Shown here: one piece after another, positions 54,901-64,000 of the stretch
Numbering within the stretch: the stretch's first letter is position 1
Layout: the number at the start of each line of letters is the position of its first letter
Assembly: GCF_006345805.1 (NCBI RefSeq)
Contig: NC_043013.1
Coordinates: 682,001 to 746,000, forward strand
Length of the DNA stretch: 64,000 bases
Origin: Octopus sinensis
Lineage: Eukaryota
Direction: 5' to 3'
Program-made: the position numbers and the translations under genes
Notes under the pieces: generated by a model
Seen by the model: only the letters and a program-made list of their open reading frames with translations
Databases searched by the model: none
What the model was told of the DNA's origin: nothing

Positions 54901-57900
54901 TTTTCAATGGTTCTCTTATGAACAGGTTTGTTATGCTGTTGCAGCAGGTCGAACACAAAGACAACACTGTGATCAGCTATTGCGTAGAAAACACAAGGTC
55001 GTGTTTTAGACCATCTGACCTGTGTTATACTTGAGATTCCAGTCATGGACAATGGCCAGCTGTTGATAGCACATTCTAATAAAACAATGAAAACATTGTC
55101 TAAAGGTAATGAAGATACAAGAGTAAAGTGTTTAAAATAAAGCAAATTATTACATTATAAGGTTAAGAACTTATGTCATTATCTTTATCTTATATTGTGC
55201 CCAGTCATGAAAACAATGCCAAACACTAGGAAGAGGGGACGAAGAACTTGTGCACTCTGCAAACCACAAAGTAGGAATTCTGCATACAAGCTGACACAAG
55301 GGAGAGTGAACCCTTTACTTTAACCATTTAGCATTTAAATTAGCTATTTCTGGCCCAAATATTTGACCCATTTTACGTTCAATCCTTCACACCTACCTGA
55401 AAATGTCATAAAAAATAATCACATTATCGAAACCTTGAAGCTATGAGATAATGCCTGATTAATTCAAAACAATGTGAATAAGTAAACATTGTATTTAACA
55501 GAGTAATCTGAATGCGAAAGGGTTAAATAGCCTCCTTAGTGTTAGTGGCACAAAGTCTCTTGTTGCTGTGTGTTTTGTGAAGAAGAACTGTGACACCTGA
55601 CCAAACCTGTTAGTATGGGACAACAAACATAAACTAATGATGATATATTTAAATCGATATTTATGTGCTGTCTAGTTTTAGATGCATTAAGATCATGGCT
55701 TCATTCATACTTTGTGTGACTAATACACTTTTTGATGCATAAAGAAGATTCATTTTTTGTGTCCTGCTATTAGTCTATTACTTGAAAAAATATTTTATCA
55801 CATAAGTACTTACCACGGTTTGTATGATACAGGTGAATGTTGCCATCAGAATATCCAGTCTTGATTGTGTGTGGAAAAATATAGAAATCACATCTAAATA
55901 TTCCAGTAAACATTCTTTGAAAGAGAGTTAACACAAAATAAAAAAATAAAAAAATTACCTGATGTTTTGTCCTGAAAATGACAGAAGATAACAAGAAATT
56001 TGAAAGAAAATTTTATTTAAATCTAGTGTGGCTGTCATCCAGTGAAATGTTGTTCAAACCAATTATTGCAGTATCCTATATTCAAAGTTTGTTCTTTTTA
56101 ATGCAATTCAACATTAAAGTACATTACTGCATATACTTTATATGCACTTTTGACAAGTTGTGGTGCACCTGAGCACTGTATACAATAATTTCATTATTAT
56201 TATTATTATTATCTGTTTCTCATTTTCTGCACTAATAATAGAGATGTCATTTCAAATGTATTTTATGAAACAGAGGTCAGCAAAATTCAGTATCTCAACC
56301 AGGTTGTCAAACATTAGTCATATCAGAACTTAGTAGGATGATCTCTTAACCGCACAACAATTTCCTTGCATGTAAGAAAGAAAGAAAAAATTAAATTGTG
56401 GCTTGAAGCTGACAACTGCAACAAAAGCTGATGTGTTCAAACAACTTCGGCTTTGATGCTTCAGAACATCATCTTCTTCTTCTATAGCCTATTATAGATC
56501 GAAAGCGTTGGCAATGCTTCAGCATGATGTTTAAAATATATAATACTATAATAATCTTATTGATTTTATATTTGACAACAATGTGTACACAACAAATATG
56601 TACATTATTTACATTTGACGGATATTTGTCCTCATCTTGTTTGTTGTTAACACAATGTTTTAGTTGATAGACCCTCCAGCCTTCATCAGGTGTCTTGGGG
56701 AAATTCCAAACCTGGGTTCTCATTCCTAAGGTATTTTTTGATGTTATTATTATTATTATTATTCTGGTCACTGCCTGGAATTGAACTTGGAATCTTGGGG
56801 TTAGTAGCCCGTGCTCTTAACCACTACGCCATATGCCCGTGAAGGCTGGAGGGTATATTAATCAAAACATTAACAACAAACAAAATGAGGACAAATATCC
56901 ATCAAACATAAGTGATGTACAAAATTCCTCATCTCTTAAATATAGAACTGGACAACAAATATGATTTGGCTGGGTGTACAAATCCAGAAATTTACATGAA
57001 CCATTGAAGCAAATTGTGTAAGGTTTCAAATCATTGTCAGTCAGAGTAGGGTTTTTTTCCCTCCACCAAGATCAATTCAACTGTGACATGTCTAAATAGC
57101 AAATCAGATGCAACCACATCCTGACTGCGATAGTAAATCGTACATACAGATGCAGCAATGACGTGTAATGTTGCATTTGGAGAAGACATCTCCACCGTTT
57201 CAGGTAGAATTTTTCAACCAATCTCAAATTTTGATTTTTACTCCACTCACAAATGCTTTAATTTTCTCTTGCCAGGCAGCGAACTGGAAGTGTTGTTAGA
57301 ACTCAGAATGAAGTATTTAATCTTATACCTTGTATTTATTAATCCTGGAAGGATTGATAAATAAAATAACAGTATAGGGCAGTGGACTAACAAAAGCAGA
57401 AAAGTGGAGTAGGAGATGCCTTGTGGTATTTATTCGGGTTCTTTTCACTCTGAGTTCAAATCACACTATGATCTAGTTGGGTGGTCCACTTGATCCACCA
57501 CCTGACACTCTGTCATAAGCGTCCAGACCAGGTCTTCAGTTTGAGGATGACTTTCTCACTTCTTGAAAATCTAGTCAAAAGGGATGGGTGTTGCTTTCTC
57601 CTCTTCACTAAAAGATTTTTTAAAAAGTCTAAACACATAAATATTACCCACCAAGAAACAAGGCAGCTTGAATGGGGAAAAATCAATAGATAATACTTCA
57701 GAGAGCACACAGGAACCATTCACTGGAAAATAAAAGAGAAACATTTGGAAATATTTCCTCAAATACCAAACTTTTTTAAATGAATTTAAAATATTCACAG
57801 CAACATAATTTGGATGTGATAACAGTTAGTTAACTATCTCGTTAGTAGGATAAAAGAAACACTAATTTGAACATTGAGTTAACAGATACACAGGCAACAT

Positions 57901-60900
57901 TATCTAATGTGTCTTTCCGATTTTAAGATAGTAGCAAATGATTGAAAAGAGATTTGGCTGTTATTTCTAGCAGGTCAAGTGACTTTGTAGGGGCTCCCAC
58001 TCGGTTTCAATTTTGGTTTCTTTGTCACAAGAGGAAAATTAATTAAAATAATTAGATATGCAATACTTACTTTTTTGGGGATAATGAACTCTAGGATAAG
58101 GTATGGATCCAAGTCGTACAGAATGAACAATGTGTCCCTGAATAAAATATGACACAGAGAAGAAGAAGAAGAAAAAGAAGAATTACTAGATTTAATTAGC
58201 TTGTTGATCAGGTTGTTGCAAATGAATGGAGGCAATGTAAAGTAGTGAAGATTCTTTTAGTCTTGCCGGGCACAATGCAACCCCACTAATGTTGTTGCCA
58301 TGATAAAGATACACCTAGTACACTAAGTGGCTGGGGAATGAGTGGAGACAATGCAGAGTTGAGAAGGCCTTCGAGTTAGGCTGGGGACATGATATCTTGA
58401 CTATTGGGATCATGATAAAATGTACCCAGTAAACTTTGTAATGTAGTTGGTGTTAGGAAGGGCATCCAGCCACAGAAACCATAACAAAAGTGGTATGTAC
58501 GAGTGAGACATGGTTCTCTATCATGCCTAGGAAGGCTGTAATTCTGAATAAGAATTCAGGCTGTGATGACTTGTTCAGCCGGCTCCAGCATAGAAAGCAG
58601 AACAAAATGGAGATGATGAGATACGAGAAACAGGAAGGCAAGGGAAGAAAATCTTTGCCTTCTATCAGACTGCAGAATATCTTTGAATCAGAGGTCCTTA
58701 TATCTAAATCTAGATGGTAAGTACCAGCATGGCTGTGCAGTTCAGAAGTTTATTTCACAACCACGTAGATTTGATCACACTGCCTGCTAGTTTTACTATA
58801 ACCATGCAGTGACCAATGCTTTGTGGGTGAAATTTGGTGGACAGAAATTGTATGGAAGCCTGTTGTATGTGTGTGTATGTGTGTGTGTTTCTTTGTGTCT
58901 CTGAATTAATATCACTTGGTCAGTGGTGATGTTTGTATGCTCCATAAATGAAATGACTATTTGGTGGTTTGGCATGCAAAAACCATCAGAATAAAATATT
59001 TTACTTAAAAAAAATAAGAAAAGAAAACCACATTAGAAAAGGAATCTCAGACTCAATAAATCTCACTCCAAAAACATTGGATGCGATGATAATGATCTTG
59101 GAATTATACCAAGTCACTTAACAATCGATGGAACCATAAGTCCATTGATTACTATTGACTGGGGACGAGCGACAACAAATGCTAATCCTGTAATTAATAA
59201 CTGCAATTAAATTAATTGCAAGAGTTAATTCATCGTCATCATCATCATCGTTGTTGTTGTTTGATTGTCCACGTCTTCATTTCTACCTGGGTCAGATGGA
59301 GTTGGGTCCAGAAAGACTTTCTACAGCTGCATGCCCCTCTTGTCTTTCCAAAAAAAATAGGGTGAATCTTATGAGAGATTTAACTGCTAACTCTAGCGGT
59401 TATGGTTTACACAGATGTTGGAAGTCACTCCTCACTATGTTTATCTATCAAGGGCAGAATTTTGCAAAGAAGATTATTTATACTAAAATGGTAACAGCAC
59501 AATAATCACTAAGTTAATTAAAGAGCTGCTCTTTTACAACATGAATAATTCTGTCTTACTGTATCAGTTGCAATATAAATCTGGTTTGGATTTTCAGGTA
59601 AGAGACACAGTTGATGGGTTTGGATTCCAGATACACAGAGCGGATCCCTGTAAAAAAAATATAATAAAAGAAAACCAGAGAGAGAGAAACAGTGGGTAAT
59701 GGCATGCAGACATTTAACATTCTGCAACATGAAAGAAATTTGCTTTGCAATGGTTTTGCAACCCTTCTTACTGTGAGACACTTCAGGCAAGTATCTTCTG
59801 CCATAGCACCAGGCTGCCGATTGCTTTGCAAGTGAAATTTGGCAGACAGAAACTGTATAGAAGTGTATGTGTGTGATCATTATTCAATGTCTGTTTTCCA
59901 TGCTGGCATGGTTTGGATGGGACTTTTTGCAGCAGTGTTTTATGGCCGGATGCCTTTCCTGACACTAACCACTGCAACACAAAAGGATGTGGTGTATCTC
60001 TTCTATAAACTGGAAGATGACTTTCTTTTATCTTTTACTCGTTTCAGTCACTGGACTGTGGCCATGCTGGGGCACAACTCTGATGGCCTCTCTCAATCAA
60101 AGTTGACCTTGTATCTGTGCCAGTGTGTGCAAGAATTTTTTTCCTTGTGTGTGGAAGATTGGTAATGGCCATCCATACAAGTCTCCGCCCTCCATGCCAA
60201 CAACATTGTTGTTATGTTAAGGATGACACAGTTTGGCAGCAGTGTCATTGCAGACAATGGATTGGTATTTGCTTCATCAACTCCAAAATGATAAAAAACA
60301 AAGTTGTTCTTGGCAGGATTTGAACTCAGAAAGCAGAGAATTGCAACAAATGTGGCAAAGCATTTTGACCAACACTTTACTGACTCTGCCAATTTACCTT
60401 CATATGTATTTATCTATATGAAGTTAATTTAATTTGATGTAGTAAGTATTAAATATTGAATCAGAAATATTTATTCAAGACAACATTATCTCAATGACTA
60501 ATATTACTTCAATCATTTTGGCAAATGTCACAGACATCTGAGTGTGTGTGTGTTAAATTTGTAAATATCTGATAAGATATCAGACTTCCAGTTGAAGTAT
60601 CAATGGTTTTACATGCCACCAATGGACCAGTCCATTTACTAGTAAATAGTTTGTATTCAAGAGGTAGAGTTCACTGTTGAAAGTAGCCAAAAGTCGTGGA
60701 GTAATGAATAACTATTCAGCTAACTTATTGCGCTGAGTTCAGGTTTTGGAGAAAGTAACAGAAACTCACTTGTCTCTTCTGTAAAATCTGATGGACGTTT
60801 TATTTATGAAGCCAGAAGGACTCCATAGTGACCACCACCACCAACTCAAGAAGATGGACAGTAAATTAATTCACTCGTTCATTATCATTACCAACCCCCA

Positions 60901-63435
60901 CCTGTTTCCAAGCAAGGTAATATTTCCTCATTACTAGATATTACTACACAGGATATTGGAAATGAATGATACTGCTTATATAACAGTGACTCTCATTTAC
61001 AACAATCATGTGATCTCAACACAAGGGTCACACACACCCACATGATAGGCTTCATTCAGTTTCCATCAACCGAAACCACTCATAAGGCTTTGGTTCTATA
61101 GAAGACACTTGCCCAAAATGCCATACAACAGGGCTGAACCCAATTTTGGAGGAGCAGGTAAGTTGAATATATCGACCCCAGTATGCAACTGGTACTTGAT
61201 TTATTAACCCTGAAAGGATGAAAGGCAATGTTGACCCCCAACAATATTTGAACTCAGAATGTAAGGGCAGACGAAATGTCACTAAGCATTTTGCTGGGCA
61301 TGCTAACGATTCTGCCAGCTCAATACCTTAATAATAACAATAATAATAATAATAACAATAATAATAATAATAACAATAATAATAATAATAACAATAAAAA
61401 CAATAGACCATCTCGTTTCGGGATGTCCTGTGCTGACACCAAACGAATACAAAAATCGCCACGATAGGGTAGGACAGTATATACATTGGAAGATATGTAA
61501 ACACTACAAATCCGACACTCCTGCTAACTGTATGAACACCATCCTCAGCCATTGTTGAAGGTAAAGATGTCACCATCCTCTGGGATTTTCCAGTCAACAC
61601 TGACAGAACGATCAAGGCTAATCGACCAGACATAATTGTGAAAGACAGGGAAGAAAATACCTGCAGACTAATAGAAGTAAGCGTCCCCACTGATAAAAAT
61701 GTATCTGTCAAGGAATTTGACAAACTTAGTAAATATAAGGACCTGGAAATCGAAATACAGAGGATGTGGAATCTTAAAACAAAAACTGTTCCTGTTATTG
61801 TAGGTGCCCTAGGTATGATAAAAAAGGGATGTCAGAAACACCTAGACAATATCCCTGGAAAACCATGTCTCAAGGAAATCCAAAAGATTGTGCTAACAAG
61901 TACTGCCCACATCCTTAGAAAAACCCTATCAATGTAATGTTTGTGTTTGCATTACATGGAGATATATCTCTACTTCCCCTCCCCAAGCTTTCAGCTATAT
62001 TTCAACAACTCTTAACCTTCACTTGCCCTAGGGCGCTGGGTGTGCTCCGGCAAGTGATTGCATCAAACATGCAGATTAAAAGTAAATGACAATAACAATA
62101 ATAATTATAATAACAACAATAATAATAATAACAATAATAATAATAATAACAACAACAATAATATCCTTTTTACTGATGGCACAAGACATGGAATTTGGTG
62201 GGGAGGGGACTAGTTGATTACATCAACCCTGGTGTATCACTGGTACTTAATTTATCGACTCCCAAAAGGACAAAAGCACAGTTGACCTCGGCAGAATTTG
62301 AACTCAGAATGTAAGGGCAGATGAAATGTGGCTAAGCATTCTGCCCAGTGTGCTAACAATTCCACCAGCATGCTGCCTTAATAATAATAATAATAATAAT
62401 AATAATGATGATGAAGAAGATAAGAATGAAAAGAAGCAGTTACCTGAGAGGACTCTGGATACTAAGTGTTGAGCTTTGCACAAGTTTTACTTTACTTCCA
62501 GGCCTCAAACCAAGCTCTGTGAGGGAACCATGAGCTTGTACAGAAGTCAGTTCAACAATAACCTGCAAGTACAAAGAATTTCAGTCAACCGAACATTCCA
62601 GAAGTTCTTTGAAGTTCTAAGTGCATAAAATAAGATGGTTATGTAGATATATTGGAGGGTTTTATGTTGCAGGTGCCTGGAGACCTCACCATTAATGGTG
62701 CCACATAGAAAGCACCCAGTACACTCTGTTAAGTGGTTGGCATTAGGAAGGGCATCCAGCTGTAGAAACCATGCCAAAGCAGACATAGAATCTGGTGGAG
62801 CCCTCTACCCCTTCTGTTCTGGTCACACCATCTGACCCATGCCAGCATGGAAAACAGATGTTAAGTGATGATGATGTGGAAAAACGTGCCTGGGGGCATA
62901 TGTTCCTTACATATGATTATGCATAAAGGGGGCTCTTTTGTCTCGTGGATTACAAGGCCATTTCACCAGAGAGAACAGTTAATGCTTCTGTTGAAGATAA
63001 AGCTAATAAGAATTTCTATATAGTTGTTGAACTTGATGTAGAACCTAAATTTCTTTACAAATAGTTCTTGGTCGTTCCTAAAACTATACAGAAGAATTAT
63101 TACCAACAAATATAATACAATCAATACTTAAGACAAATGACTAACCCAAGAATGGAATCAGAAAAATTGGGTAAATATGAATACACAGACTCCAGTTAAA
63201 GAAGCTAATTTTCTCAACAACCCAACATAATGAGGATGACCCACAGGTAAGTGAAGGTAGTTACATCCACCTGGCAGAAATGATATCAATTGCAACAGGA
63301 GAAAGACAATAGCCACCCTTTCACAGCTCTACAAATTACAGCAAATATAAGAATGTAGATATTCTTTTACCCAGATATTGATGTGTCCAATACAATCCAT
63401 GCTTAATAGCTGGAAGGAAACTTCTGGTTCCAGAC
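48880..63435 (-). CDS. WDR60: WD repeat-containing protein 60 / dynein-2 intermediate chain 1, 3' partial (last 9 coding exons; gene continues beyond the window end)
   Basis: Exons 63435-63371, 62562-62444, 59647-59560, 58137-58071, 57722-57652, 55859-55814, 55075-54898, 53284-53218, 48990-48880 splice in frame (812 nt). The peptide includes SFQLLSMDCIGHINIW-VIVEL...[18 protein letters not shown]...GYSDGNIHL, ITQVRWSKTRPCVFY...FDLL and ILCLSSGKIEIQ, collinear with the recalled human WDR60 C-terminus ([73 protein letters not shown]). Confidence 0.88.
49149..50763 (+). mobile_element. Full-length Merlin (IS1016/IS1595-related, ISXO2-like) DNA transposon, 1615 bp, in the last WDR60 intron
   Basis: 53-bp TIRs starting GG (49149-49201 and 50711-50763, 52/53 identical); 8-bp TSD agcagaca/agcagata; subterminal tandem repeats (aataatttgcgtttattaatttgatatattt) near the right end; internal transposase. 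Confidence 0.93.
49536..50441 (+). pseudogene. Merlin DDE transposase, 301 codons, interrupted by a single TAG at 50040-50042
   Basis: Zn-ribbon CISC...WSCGRPC; catalytic VEIDET, TIISDLWRSY, TNHIECLW. KTQ*VFGALER lies where the family has W-V-F-G. The two ORF-track entries are one reading frame. Confidence 0.9.
53218..53284 (-). CDS. WDR60: WDR60 penultimate exon
   Basis: ttatag|...|gtaaag; ITAMEIFCHSDDKSHTIPNERM; phase 2 to 0. Confidence 0.8.
54585..54840. repeat. Near-perfect 95-bp inverted repeat with 66-nt spacer (foldback MITE-like)
   Basis: Arms 54585-54679 and 54746-54840, 4 differences. Confidence 0.92.
54898..55075 (-). CDS. WDR60: WDR60 exon (WD40 repeat)
   Basis: tattag|...|gtaatg; CAINSWPLSMTGISSITQVRWSKTRPCVFYAIADHSVVFVFDLLQQHNKPVHKRTIENR; phase 1 to 2. 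Confidence 0.9.
55322..55527. mobile_element. Second TTAA-flanked MITE family (degenerate)
   Basis: ttaaccatttagcattt ... aatgcgaaagggttaa. Confidence 0.5.
55814..55859 (-). CDS. WDR60: WDR60 exon (AAG acceptor)
   Basis: atcaag|...|gtaagt; TGYSDGNIHLYHTNRE; phase 0 to 1. Confidence 0.82.
56601..56951 (-). mobile_element. SINE family D composite: - strand copy (56601-56839) plus inverted 3' arm (56840-56951)
   Basis: The composite is flanked by the direct repeat acaacaaatatg (56589-56600, 56952-56963). Confidence 0.85.
57652..57722 (-). CDS. WDR60: WDR60 exon
   Basis: ttccag|...|gtgggt; MNGSCVLSEVLSIDFSPFKLPCFL; phase 1 to 0. Confidence 0.88.
58071..58137 (-). CDS. WDR60: WDR60 exon
   Basis: attcag|...|gtaagt; GHIVHSVRLGSIPYPRVHYPQK; phase 0 to 1. 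Confidence 0.87.
59560..59647 (-). CDS. WDR60: WDR60 exon
   Basis: ttacag|...|gtaaga; DPLCVSGIQTHQLCLLPENPNQIYIATDT; phase 2 to 0. Confidence 0.88.
61400..62090 (+). mobile_element. 5'-truncated R4/Dong-clade (restriction-like endonuclease) non-LTR retrotransposon 3' end
   Basis: TIDHLVSGC...RHDRVGQYIHW, LWDFPVNTDRTIKANRPDIIV...LIEVSVP...KLSKY (CCHC remnant + PD-(D/E)xK endonuclease); two 1-nt deletions near 61530 and 61551; stop at 61937; (AAT/AAC)n arrays on both sides. Confidence 0.85.
62444..62562 (-). CDS. WDR60: WDR60 exon
   Basis: ttgcag|...|gtaact; [40 protein letters not shown]; phase 0 to 2. Confidence 0.9.
63371..63435 (-). CDS. WDR60: WDR60 exon (first in window)
   Basis: ttttag|...|gtaaaa; LEPEVSFQLLSMDCIGHINIW; phase 1 to 0. 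Confidence 0.85.
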
Positions 63436-63559
63436 CTAAAAGATAAATTTAAAATCAGTTTTAATCATTGCAGCAATGAGTTTATTGCTTTCACAGAAAG
63501 CTAATAAAGATATAAACAAGGAATGTTCACGTGTGTATACAGAGATGTATAACAGATAG

Positions 63560-63597
<38 letters not shown>

Positions 63598-64000
63598 GAT
63601 TCTATATCACAACTGTTCGATGAATGGGAATACGAAACCCTGGGTGGCAGATTTTTGGGATATTTTTGTAGCTTCAACAGAACTGCCACATTGTGTTGGC
63701 AAGGAGACTTTACTCTTTGGTACTGTCACTACATATTTCTATTTCTTGCTTCAAAGTACTTCAAAGTACTTGTTTTTCTCTTTATGAGATCAGTGACTGT
63801 GTGTTGCTTTAAAAGTATATACTGTGAGCAAGGTTGAGTGGCTGCCATCTCTAGCTGGTCTGCAGGTATCGTTAAGGCTAGAAAGGGAGTAATAAACTCC
63901 CTTGCTCACAGTTTAAGGACACAGACCATGTGTTGGTAGCCAGCTGGAAAAGATGTTTTCCTGCAGCTAATAAGTAGTAACATCATCATGTGTAGGACTG

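Noticed and set aside
56470-56512. tctata/tataga stem followed by CGAAAGCGTT, resembling a hammerhead 3' half
   Set aside because: No CUGANGA upstream of the stem on either strand.

Overview
AT-rich, microsatellite- and SINE-dense eukaryotic genomic DNA. It is most likely a coleoid cephalopod (Octopus-like); this is inferred from the repeat families and composition, not verified by search. Two convergent, intron-rich genes could be assembled exon by exon with consistent splice phases. (1) A complete + strand protein-lifeguard/TMBIM gene: 11 coding exons at 31552-47728, 306 aa, with a probable non-coding first exon and promoter near 2500-2683 and a ~28.9-kb first intron. (2) The last 9 coding exons of a - strand WDR60/DYNC2I1 dynein-2 intermediate chain gene, 63435-48880. 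Introns hold four tRNA-headed SINE families, RTE and R4/Dong LINE 3' fragments, hAT and mariner relics, mariner- and piggyBac-type MITEs, a Helitron, long foldback repeats and a young full-length Merlin (IS1595/ISXO2-type) transposon. The most notable observations are: (a) a tRNA-headed SINE family whose consensus folds into a minimal type I hammerhead ribozyme and whose insertions show Penelope-like inverted-arm architecture with 12-bp target duplications; (b) a Merlin transposase whose only lesion is an amber codon at a conserved Trp, a potential A-to-I editing-repairable site. All coordinates and alignments were worked out by eye; no database searches were run.
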